From Negaprion brevirostris (taxonomy: Eukaryota): a DNA stretch of 64,000 nucleotides. Each line of letters begins with the position of its first letter. Position 1 is the stretch's first letter. The stretch covers positions 50,873,474-50,937,473 of the forward strand of contig JARDVH010000106.1 of assembly GCA_030324005.1 (NCBI GenBank), written 5' to 3'. The translations under genes and the position numbers were made by a program. The notes beneath the pieces were generated by a model. That model searched no databases and was not told where the DNA came from. It saw only the letters and a list, made by a program, of their open reading frames with translations. Shown here in pieces: positions 38,940-50,306 of the stretch.

Positions 38940-39018
38940 TAGTCAGGAAGTGTTGGGATGTGGGACCAAAATCCCTATGAGCCTCATTCAGTTGCTTCAA
39001 GCGTTCATCTATGGACAC
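38940..39018 (-). CDS. DMD: Dystrophin exon equivalent to human exon 61 ([26 protein letters not shown])
   Basis: Minus strand reads ccttctctttcttcag|GTGTCCATAGAT...TTCCTGACTA|gtaagt. It is 79 nt, phase 0 to 1, and the peptide matches the dystrophin-family [14 protein letters not shown] motif. Confidence 0.97.
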
Positions 39019-40239
39019 CTGAAGAAAGAGAAGGAATTATTAATATGGTTGAAAGGGATGTAGCCAACTATCACCTTTATCAATTGTATAACATTTCTGC
39101 ATTAATCAGCTTTTCAAGGAGTTAAAATGTGAATATCCTGGTGGATCAATCTTCATTTACTATGACCCATAATTTTTTACCTTAATTTTATTCCCTTTAG
39201 ACTAAAAACCTAGACAAACTCCATGACAAGTAATTAAAAAGAAGATGGCTGGGAATGTCACTAATTTCTGTTTTAACTCTACTGGGATTTTTTTTTTCCT
39301 TTCTTCTTCCAGTTGTATAATAATAAAAAAAAACTACATTTTTAATAGTTACCCACATGAGAACTTACTGCCTGCTTCTGGTTACAGAAACTTACCTTAC
39401 CTAAAATGGCAATTTCAATTTATATTTACGGTATATCTGGCTCTTCAAGGAGTGTGTGTGAAGGGGAGTGGAACAAATTTCCTTTTATTATTACAGTTGC
39501 ATGGGAATTACAACACATTTTACAGTGCCTCAGTAACATTCCTTAATCTCAGTCTCAGGAGGATAACTTGGCTGTCTTTTAACTTTCCTCAGTGAATGTG
39601 CAAGTTAAAGCCAAATTAGGGACAAATTTGTCCTGTAATGTTTATGCCAGCTGAAATAAACTTGCACTCTCCTGGTCTGCACAGGATACAAATCCAGTTC
39701 AGAATGAAAGACGAATGTTCTGACTCAAACCTCTTCAATTTTTTTTTTTATAAACTATATCGATACTTAAGAGTGCAAATGAACCTGGTGTTTAAGCCAG
39801 GGTTATATAACAAATGGTTAAATTAATTTGGTGTTCCGTCATCAACTAAGATCGTTACAGATACTGTACTGAACAGATGGAAAGTAGTCCCAGTCCTACC
39901 TGACACACTGAAATAAATAATCAAATTAGAGTCTTGTGACTGACATAAATTGCCAGCAGTTTTAAAAAATTGTATTTTATATGGTTACAACAACAAGGGA
40001 TAGTGATGCTGTGCAACACAATAACAAATGTTAACACCTGCTCTTTTTACTGCTATTTTAGTAAAAATGTGAACCTGCTTATTTTATATCAGCAATATTT
40101 TGCAAATGTGCAGTATAACACGACTGACTAAATAGAAACCATCAGCTTTTTGTTGAAAATCAGTTGGGTCCATCACGAAGAGTGGCTTGGTAGTAGCACC
40201 ACTGACTGTGCTGACTGAATCCTTGCAAAATCATAGAAG

Positions 40240-41810
40240 GTGGCCATTTGGCCCATTGAGTCATACCAGTTCTCTGCGAGGGTGATACTTTTCTTTTAAT
40301 TCTCTTGCCCTTTTCTCTTGAAAGGCATAACTGGCAGCTTAGGCTTATGGTGGCTGATGAGTGTGCCAACCTCAGAGAATAACTTGACCACAACATCACC
40401 AACCTACCTGCCTGGATTCTTCTTCAATGATCACTCACTAACCCCATGTCACTGGTCATGGGATCAGTGGGTCCTTGCATGGCTGATGAGCCCGATTCTA
40501 CAGCCACATCTCTGACCGCGCATTTGGCAGGTGTTTCCGGGTGGGAGAATTGGTCCTTGGACTTGAGATCTTTGGCATTCCTTTTTCAGGATCCATTCCT
40601 GTTCTCTGCAAGGGTGATCCTTCTCATTTTACTCTCCTGCCCTTTTCTCATGAAAGTCATAGTCTGCAGCCTGGGTTTGTGGTGGGTGATGTGTACCAAC
40701 CTGAGGGAAACTTGTCGTTGCACGTTCTCAAATAGTTAGAACATAGAACATAGAACATTACAGCGCAGAACAGGCCCTTCGGCCCACGATGTTGCGCCGA
40801 CCAGTTAAAAANNNNNNNNNNNNNNNNNNNNNNNNNNNNNNNNNNNNNNNNNNNNNNNNNNNNNNNNNNNNNNNNNNNNNNNNNNNNNNNNNNNNNNNNN
40901 NNNNNNNNNNNAGTTGTATCCTTTCAATCAGAAGATTCCTCCAGTTGGGTTTCTTCTAAACAAGGGTCTCCCAGGCACTGACAACTATGTTGTATTTCTT
41001 GACGAGTGCCTTCAGGGTGTTTCTTAAGCACTTCCTTTGTCCTTGTTCAATTCCCTTCCTTTGATCCCATGACCAGTGACATGGGGTTAGTGAGTGATCA
41101 TTGAAGAAGAATCCAGGCAGGTAGATTCGTGATGTTGTGGTCAAGTAAGTTATTCTCTAAGGTTGGCATACTCATCACCCATCACAAGCCCAAGCTGGGT
41201 GAAGATGATTTGCTTTGGCAGTTGGGCCTCTGGCATTCTAAGTACATGGCCAGCACAGCAGAGTTTGTTTCGGATGATCATGGTCCTAATGCTGGTGCTC
41301 TTGGCTCCATCAAGGGTGCTGATGTTTGTACACCCTGATAATGAGAATCTGTCTCAGGCAGCATTGACAGTGCCTCTCTGGGGCCTTGAGGTGGCCACTG
41401 TATGCAGTCCAAATTCCTGAGCTGTATTAAAAAGTTGGGAGGACGACTGCCTATGAGGATTGTAGTATCAACATGGATGTCACGATCTTCAAAGACTCTC
41501 GTCCTTAGGCATCCGAAGGCCCACAGATTGGATACAATGTTGGATCTCCACATCAATGGCAGCCTCTGACAAGAGGGAGGGATAATGTTCCATATTTGGC
41601 AGGGATTCTCCAATGATCTTGATGGAAGGAGAGACCGGATCTTGCCCTGCAGCAGGTTGGTGAAGGGCTTGTGACTTCTTGAGGTTAAAGCTGAGACTGA
41701 ATCTTGGACATGCTTCTGCAAAGACATCCAGCGTGGTGGGGAGATANNNNNNNNNNACTTTCTTGAGAGGGAGAAAATGGCGGTATCATCCACATACTGA
41801 AGTTCCATAG
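40240..41810 (-). mobile_element. Rearranged RTE-clade LINE remnant with internal direct and inverted duplications; a young CR1 end is inserted at about 40737
   Basis: ORF 41278..41808 contains ELQYVDDTA and AFGCLRTRVFEDRDIHVDT, which are RTE-type RT motifs. Confidence 0.7.
40737..40811 (-). mobile_element. Young CR1 3' end running into a gap
   Basis: 70 nt identical to 59295-59364. Confidence 0.8.
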
Positions 41811-42479
41811 GTCAATGTCAGATGAAATAGACGATAGGGGTTAGCAATGCATCATCCTTATGGAGTTCAATTCCGTCTTCATGCTGAGCATATCCTACAT
41901 AAAACCTCACAGAATTACCAGCATGCTAAGTTGGATAAATTAAGAACAGATCTAGCAGCTCAAAATTGGGCAACTATGAGGTATTGTGGACCATTAGCAG
42001 CAGAATGACGCTCCACCACAATCATAGCCTGGCATATTCCTCAATCCTCTATCATCATCAAGCGGATGATCAAACCTGGTTCAGTCAAGAGCATAGAACA
42101 GTGTGCCATTTACAGCACAAAGCATACCTCAAAAAATCAGATTCTAACCTGGTAAAGCTAAACAGCAGAAACGTTATACTATAGAAAAGGTTAAAAAAAT
42201 CCCACAGCCTCTGGAACCTTTGTCTGAAGAGCCTGGTGGTTTTACCAATGTGAGTTCTGCATCTGGAATGATACTGAATGCGTGTTGAGAGTTTGGTTCC
42301 CATAAAGCAAGCTTGGCATCAGACAGACTGAATGAAAGAGAGCGGTTACTGAGGATTGGCATAGAATGAAGGCATCATAAATAATGTCAGGATATGGGCA
42401 TAGACTTGTATAACTCATAGTCATGGTCTTAAAGGAGTTGCACTTTTAGGGAATGGAATCTCTTCCCAATGTAGTTGAG

Positions 42480-43015
42480 GGCCTGGCCTTGTCTGGGAGC
42501 AGGCAGGGTGAATGTATGTGCAGTGTTGTATTTATCCTAATGCTGGGTTGCAAACTATCTCCAGCTGTGAACTTCATTACAGATCTTCTCTTTACCATTA
42601 GTTTCGACATGGAGATTTCCCTGATGACTGCAGCATTTAGTCCAATTCCTAACTCCTCAGACACTGAAGCAGTGCCTGCAAACAGAAAGACCTGAACAAC
42701 ATTCGGATTTGGCCTAATGTGTACCAGGTTACATTTATACCACACAAGTGCCAAGCAATGACCATCTCCAACAAGAGATAAATTACTACTTCCTCAAAAT
42801 TACCAATTCAACGACATTGCTATTGCCAAATCCCCCACCATCCATACTTTGGGGGGTTATCAATAACTAGAAATTCAACTGGACCAGCCATATAAATACT
42901 GTGGGTACAAAAGCAGGTTGTAGGCTAGAAATCCTGTGGCAAGTAACTCACCTCCCAGCTCCCCAAAGCCTGTCAATCATCTATAAAGCAAAAATCAGGA
43001 GTGTGATGGAATATT
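42480..43015. mobile_element. Fragments of the 54400-56175 LINE family
   Basis: ctcctcagacactgaagcagt...caagtgccaagcaatgaccatctccaacaagaga...aactggaccagccatataaatactgtgg matches 55460-55720. Confidence 0.7.
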
Positions 43016-44094
43016 TTTGACATATTTATGCAGTTATACACATGGCTTAATAGAAAAATGGGCAACACTTCTTAAAAGCAGAATGGAAAATTGTCAATTG
43101 ACTTTGAAACAAAATGGAGTTAGGAGGTTAGGTGACTTCTTTCCCCTTTACTTCTGCCAAATATACATCAATCTGTCCAAGGCTGGAAGTTAGTCTGATT
43201 TTGTGGTCAGGATAGTAAAATGTAAATAATATTTTGGAACATTTAAAAGACCAAAATTACAATAGATATATCTTGTGGATTGAACAGTGCTATTGTCCAA
43301 ATAACTACAGGAAGTAATGCACAATAACCTCATAGGCTTAGCGACTGCAGAGTGAAATTCCACAGAATGGGTTTAAGGAAACACCATTATATCACTAAGG
43401 GATGCAATGGCTGAGAGTCAAACCCCATTGTGTGTCAATGCTCACGCCATCAGGGGCAATTTGTATGGGCAATGGGAAAACTGATACTATGGTCAGCTGA
43501 TAGAAACCTGTGATAAGAAACACTTAAAACATTTTAGGAGAGCAGCCTCATCGCCAATAGTCTGGGAAACAAAGAGACCAGGCAGGGAAGAGAAATCACT
43601 CTTCAAAGGTAGAACCTTGCCAAGGATCCACCAAAAGGCAGAGAAGTGGGCCCAGCCATTTACCTACCAATTTGAACAACCAAGCTGGATCTTCACTATA
43701 GAGTTTCAACTGCACTTCAACTGGAACAATGCCAGAAACTGGCCGTTGCAAGAAGTAAGCTGCTCCAAATTTGTCACCATAAACTTTTAACTTCCATTTC
43801 CTCGGTGAAGTAACGGAGAATCACTGGGCCTGCAAGTTTCTGGTTTCCATCTCAAATGAGAATTGTGATTTTTTGGACTCTAAAAACTGAAGTGCATGAA
43901 GTGTACTTTATAATCAGCTTTTCTTGTGTGTATTTGTGAGTGGGTGCTGCTACAAATACATTTTGCTGTCTAGAAATAAACATTTAGTTTTCCTTTTTCA
44001 GGTCACGTGAAAACCTGTCTTGTGTCTATTACTGAGAGTCACAGCACTCAAAGGATTTAAATGTTTCTTTAAAGCACATTTTGCTGTAGCCAGT

Positions 44095-44450
44095 CAAGAA
44101 GTCGAAGAACACCATCCTAACATCTGTCTGTAATACTCTCCACTTGCCTGGGTGATTGCAGTTCCGACAACCCACGCAGGACAAAGCAGCCCATTTACCA
44201 CTTTTCAACACTCGCTCCTTCCATCACTGACACACAGTAGTAATAAGCACTGTAGCAACTTGCCTAGACTCCTCCAATAGTACCTTCCAAACCAATGATC
44301 TCTACCCCCAGAAAAACAAAGGCAGCAAGAACATTGGAATATCAAAATCCCACAGCTTCCTGACAGCACAAGGAGTGCAATAGTTCAAGCAGGTGGTTCA
44401 TTGCTGACTTCTCAAGGGTAATTCAGGGTGGACAATAAATGTTGGCCACC
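44095..44450 (+). mobile_element. 3' end of the same CR1/L2-group LINE family
   Basis: atactctccacttgcctggg...tctcaagggtaattcagggtggacaataaatgttggcc. Confidence 0.7.
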
Positions 44451-44984
44451 AATTTATATTCTTTTTAAAATCCTGATTGAACAAGCGGCAGATATTAGTC
44501 AGTCTCTCCCTGGAGAATGAAGCCATCTAAATGCACTGGAGGCAGGAAATCAGGTTCCTGTAGACTGTCATGGTGTAAAGCCTCCTCAACCCTTCCCTTG
44601 TCCAGTTACCTTTTAACTGTTGATGTTGTTGCCCCTAATTTCACAGCCCCAAAAACAGCATAACACCATTAGTTCATCAAGCCTAAACCCAATCTTATTT
44701 TAATGGAGATGAGCATCCTGACTGCTAAGACAATGACTTCACTGTTGAGGTTAAATCTTGGGGACCACATACACCCCCACACAAATTTAGCAAGCATATC
44801 CTATTTCAGGTGCATGATGGTCATATTAATATTTAAATTAATGAAAATCCATTTAANNNNNNNNNNACACATGCAAACACGATATGGGGCTGTCACCCTG
44901 TTAAATTTGGATCAGAACGTTTGCAACCATGTGGAATTTAGATCACAGGGAATCAGGTCATTTTCAAAAAAACTTTGCAGTTAT

Positions 44985-45393
44985 ATAGTGCAGATGTCCC
45001 AAAGAACTTTACAGCCAGTGATGTAATTTGAAATTGTAAGGCTGTGTCAAAAACATAGTATCAATTTGCATGCAGCAAACTCCCACAAACACTAGTATGA
45101 TAATGGCCAGATCATCTGTTTTCTGTATTGCTGATTGAAGAATTAAATTGGTCAGGACATCAGGGATAACTCGTTGGTTTTCAAAAAATAGCAATGGGAT
45201 CATACATGTTCATCTGAGAGGTAAATAGGACCTTGGTTTAGGATGTCATCAGAGATATGGCAACTCCAACAGTGCAGCATTCCCTCCATACTGCAATGGA
45301 GTGTCAGTGTTGATTTTTGTGCTCAAATCCTGGAGTGGAATTTGAACCCACAACCTTAATACTCAGAGACAAGAGTGCTACCAACTGAGCCAC
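44985..45393 (-). mobile_element. Deu-domain SINE, near full length
   Basis: Minus head gtggctcagttggtagcactcttgtctctgagt..gtgggttcaaattccactcc; colinear with 17750-18182. Confidence 0.8.
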
Positions 45394-46939
45394 TGCAAAA
45401 CTGCTGCCTGATGGCAAATTTCAGAATAAATAGGAATGAATATTGATTGACTCAACATTTTGGCCAGTTACATTTTTGAGGCACACAAACATTAACTGTT
45501 GCAATTTACAATGTGACAGGAACCTTTCAAATATTACAGAACTTCAGTTACTTTATAACTTACTCCTTAGTCATTCCAATACTGTACATCACATCATTGC
45601 AACAAAAAGCACTGCTTTTTAAGGATTGAAATGCCCACGATCAGACCACTTCAATCACCAGAGAATCCTTGCTGTAAACATCAGCTCTGATCGAGATTTC
45701 TTTTGGTAACTTATACGACCACTTCAATCATTTGAAAATACTTTCCTTCCCTGCTGACTTCCAGCTGCTGAAGCAACACAAAGCTTTATCATACGGATCA
45801 ATATGGAATGTGATTTGATCTTCTCCCCTTTCTTTCTTAGCAAAGCAACCTCAAACAGACTACTCTCCTATCCAAAGATAATTACTGGATTAAATTACAA
45901 ATAGATTACTATTGACGTAATTAATAAAAAGCAGAAAGAATCCGGCTGTTTATTAACCTACAAAACACCATAAACCTGACATGCATTATCTTTGATGTAC
46001 TAAATAGGGTACAAAGCTGAAATTTGAACAAATTATCTTCAACAAATATGTTGGAAGAATTATCACAACAAAGGATCAAAAATCTTGCAATTGTTTATAA
46101 ATTATATTTTCATATTCTTCAAAAATATTGAGCATGCTATTTGTTTAATGGCTGTTTACTTGCAAAGTTTTCACTATCTACTTTACCTAGTCTTTGCAGC
46201 AAGAAGCTAGAGAGGAATCCTCTGAGAATATTGATGCCAGGCTTTTATAATTTAAACAGATTTCTCCAACTACCTAACGGAATGCAAACTGTTTATTCCA
46301 GTGGATTTTATGAAGAATCTGTTGCACAAGGAGTCAACTCTGACAAACTGCTGAAACTGAACAGCCCTGTGAACTAACATTGGAGGAGTTTCGTTCCAAT
46401 ATTAACTAACATTGGTGTTAACTGGTGGACTGAATGCTACAATGAATGTTGTTTCAGCACCAGGACCTGCACTCAAATCCAACAATGATGAGATAGGAGG
46501 TTTCCTCTCTTTGCAAGCAAATTGAGTCTGAGGTCTTGTGAAAGGAGCTTCCAGTGAATGTGAATCTACAGCATAGAACTCCCCAGAATTAGGGGGCTCA
46601 TTTAGAGACGGATGACCAATATCCAGAATGGAAAATTCATACTGATGCTTTATTGGGGCAAAGTTGAAGCACATTGTTGGAACAAAGCAATGGGAGCTTT
46701 ATCCTACATATGGTTACATTAGGTTTCTTTGATGATGATCTGTAGGTCTTTTGTTTCCAATTCCAGCACTTAGATGACAGAATTTGCACACACTCTGCAT
46801 ATCTGACCCATCAAACTATCTGCGTAAACCTATTTTTATTTTAACATGAGCTCCCAATGGAGACTGTGTCTGCTGCTGGAAATTCTCACTAGCAGCTTGA
46901 AGGGTGAACACTGTCCTACGTAAAGGGTAGAGGTAGTAT

Positions 46940-47450
46940 GAAAAGGGAAATTAAGCAATGGATTAGCTCTGGTTGGAGTGACTTGAAGAAATGCTATGGA
47001 GTGTTGTGGAAAAAGAAGAGTATTGCTGAAACTGAAAGGAAGAATCTTTAAGACAGCTGTGAGACCAGCCTTGTTACATGATGCAGAAACTTGGGCAGCG
47101 TGAAAAAAAAAGGAATAACAACTTTACACTAATGAAATGTGGATGCTGAGATGATATGAGGAAGGACAAGGTCAAGAACCAGTACATCCAAAGGTGTGTG
47201 AAGATTATGGAAGCATCAAAGTAAGTAACCAAGAAGATATTGAAATGGTATAGAGAGAGAGAGGACACATAGTGAGACAAGTGATGGAAATGGGACTGGC
47301 AGGAAGAAGGAGAAGAGGAAGGCCTAAGACCAATTGTAAGGGTGACATGGCAAGAGACTTAAATGTAGTGGGTGACTGATAGCAAGGTGATCACCAACAC
47401 TGTGGCAACCCTAAGAAAAATGGGAGATGCTAAACAAAGATGAAAGATGA
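46940..47450 (+). mobile_element. Degenerate RTE-clade LINE 3' region (second family)
   Basis: Frameshifted KTAVRPALLHDAETWA...LKWY...HIVRQVMEMGLAGRRRRGRPK. Confidence 0.7.
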
Positions 47451-48317
47451 AGACATAAAGGGCTGCAGCAGCAATTTAAAGAGAAGTAGTCACATGGGAA
47501 TGGTAAAGTTTTTGACTGGCAAAAGTCACGGAATGTACAAGTCACAACATTTAGAATGAGCAGGCTAGTATTAATATGTTTTGCCCACTATAAACAATGT
47601 CTTAAATACAGAAGAAAATAGTGCACCTTAAGGAGGATGCCTGTTGACACTACTCAACAGCAGTACATTCTAAGTCAAAGGCCCCAACTGACTATGTTGT
47701 TAACCTGCTACACAGCTACTGCTGGTCCACAGAAAACTCTCAGACAGACTTCTAGCTGTTTCATTGTTTACCATTCAAAGGCATTATGTCGCAACTTGAA
47801 AATTAAACCACATACGGGGTGACATGAAAGGACTTCACAGGTCAAACTATTATAACATAATCTAACTGCATAACGCACAAACTGATTTCTTTTTCACTCC
47901 CTAGTCACTGGCATTGGGGTACGTTTAGTACTGGCTTGAGATCACAGAATGCAGCAGCATCAAGGAAATGGGCACGCTGTTTATAACAGTGAAGGAACCA
48001 ATGCTCAGTCTGACTGGATAAAAAATAAATTCTTCTCTTCCCAGCCCCACAAACATTTACTGCTCTAAGTGCTGAGCTGTACTGGGAGATGATTTAATTG
48101 ATATTACTTGAACCTATGCCTGTCAATTATATGCCAGCTTAGAGAATGGATGTAGACAGGCTATTCCACTTTGAGAGTATCACAGCAGAGACAGGTTTTG
48201 TCCATGTTCAGACGCATGCATTTTTAACAAGTGGACAAGATCAAGTCCAGATTTAGGAACCTTGACAGATTTTTTCCTCCTTTCTGGGACATGGAGGCCA
48301 TTCAACAGTTTCAGTAC

Positions 48318-48353
48318 TAGCTCTGATGAAGGGTCATCCAGACTCGAAACATT
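48318..48353 (+). mobile_element. Penelope-type end fragment with a hammerhead core
   Basis: agctCTGATGAagggtcatccagactcGAAACatt. Confidence 0.6.
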
Positions 48354-48769
48354 GGGGGCGATTCTCCCAAAAGCTCTGAATTGGAGGTAAAACTGGACTT
48401 AGTACATCATTAATGACTTCAAAATTCTCCATTATATGGGCAAATGCAACATTTTAAGTACAGTAAAATTCATAAACATGAATGACAATTTTTTTTTTGC
48501 TTAGGACCTGCTCAGATGCCATGTCATATAGGTAATGCTTTTGGAAGCTGCACTCTTCTGAGGAAAAAAAAAACACTTTTTAGATTTTAATATGTCAATA
48601 AATGAGCTTCAGAATAAAATTGTTACTTACAAGTGGACATTTAAACCCACAAACGTCCACCTTCTTCGCCGACCATCATTTTCCATGTGTTTTTTGGTGA
48701 AATGGTGGTGCATACAATTCTGAATAAACATTGTAAATCTGTTCAATTCAGCTCCCCCAGTAGCTCTGC

Positions 48770-49110
48770 AAGTTTACTATTTGAGGAGCTGAGCTATACA
48801 GTTCTGGACTGTGCCCAGTTAACTGATGCTAGGTCAGGCCAATGCTTATAATTGATCACTGCAGCCTTAGTTAGGAGGGGGCTGCCACTCTTGATCAATC
48901 TCGGAGATTTTTCTGCAAGACTGCATGCCTGATAAAGACATGATTAAGCTTGACCGTGATATTTTGCCAATCCCCTCTCCAGGTTTTCCTGATACCAACT
49001 TGTAAGGTGCATGTATTAGCTACATGAAATCAGCCTTTTTTTGGCTCGGGCATATCTTGCTGTAAAGTCATATCCTGACAGTCAAAGCCTTCAGAGCAGA
49101 GGATAGGAAT
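48770..49110 (+). mobile_element. LF-SINE-like element (degenerate)
   Basis: Colinear similarity to 21510-21890, ending gtcaaagccttcagagcagagg. Confidence 0.45.
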
Positions 49111-49324
49111 GGAATATTAGTGATCAAGTCCCTCAGTTTTTTTCCTACATTGAAAATAGTGACATTGATGAAATATTCTACATACATTTAATAATGTCCA
49201 AAAAATAAGCAAACCATATCCTGTGTTAATGTAACTTAGGAGTGGTGTTGAGTCCTGTAAACCAGGAGGGTTCAGTCTGTTTCGCTGCAAAATTAGTTGA
49301 TGTCAACTAGGTTTAATACTGAGG

Positions 49325-49427
49325 CAAAAGCAAAATACTGTGGATGCTGGAATCTGAAACAAAGGCAGAAAATGCTGGAAAATCTCAGTAGGCCTGACAG
49401 CATCTGTGGAGAGAGAATAAAGCCAAT
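49325..49427. mobile_element. Penelope-type end fragment interrupted by a MITE
   Basis: gcaaaatactgtggatgctggaatctgaaacaaa..gaaaatgctggaaaatctcag..gacagcatctgtggagagagaataaagccaat; matches 11485-11628. Confidence 0.65.
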
Positions 49428-50306
49428 GGCCGCAATTCTTCCATTGCGACCTGCAACTTTTCTGGTGGTCGAGGTGGGAGGTGCACATCGCCGGCCTCGT
49501 TTCAGGATTTGTGCATGCACCAGAAACACATACGCATCTCCCAGAGCCAGCGAACAGTCGCCAGTCAGACCCTGCTGGAAACCTATGGGAAGACAGGTTT
49601 GAATCTTTTTTTTAAAAATATGTTTTAAATGTATTTTAAATCTAATTATCAGGAACTTTGTGGTCCCAATTGAATCTCCCACCCCGCCAGAAGCGATTCA
49701 TTCCAGCGGAGTTCAGACTAGCTCCCCACATTCGGGAAATTAACAGGAGACCATGCTGGAATGAAGGGAGATGTGCATGCGTTTCTGGTGTGTGCACAAA
49801 TCCCGGAACAAGGGAGATAACATGCATCTCCCACCTCAACCACCAGAAAAGTTGCAGGTCGCGATGGAAGAACCGCAATCGGGGCCCCATTAGGGGATCA
49901 TGCGGCAGGGGGGTGCCCCCTGGGAATGGGCACACTGGCGGTAAACACAGTAAGAAGGCTCACAACACCAGGTTTAAGTCCAACCAGTTAAGTCCAACAG
50001 TCCTGGTGGTACCAGCTTGTGCCCCCAGCACTGCCCAATGGGCAAAGTTCCCATGCCCAGGGGGCACCTTGGCACTGCCCACTGGGCATCAGGCAATGCC
50101 AAGGGGGTAGGGCCTATTGCAGGTGGGGCCTAAAGGGGATTGATAGGGGTGGGGGTCCCGCTGCCGCTCTGCAAAACAGGATTGGTCTGGGATGTTGGGG
50201 GGGCAGCGATTGAGATGGGCTGAGTGGGAGGGTGGTCTGCCAGGTAGTCCTGCCTCTGTGGGGGGGTTCTGACCCCGGGGCAGGGTCTGCTGGGTGAGGG
50301 AAATAG
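49428..50306. mobile_element. GC-rich MITE/non-autonomous DNA transposon with a long internal palindrome (49428-49880)
   Basis: Arms ttcttccattgcgacctgcaacttttctggtggtcgaggtgggag and ctcccacctcaaccaccagaaaagttgcaggtcgcgatggaagaa. Confidence 0.7.

Noticed and set aside
48631-48713. Minus-strand MHHHFTKKHMENDGRRRRW... ending at a gtaagt donor
   Set aside because: It is phase 2, incompatible with the next exon (61, phase 0). There is no similarity to dystrophin and no promoter-like context.
49658-50110. 150-aa and overlapping ORFs in the GC-rich palindrome
   Set aside because: Stop-poor MITE sequence; mirrored peptides on both strands reflect the inverted repeat, not coding.
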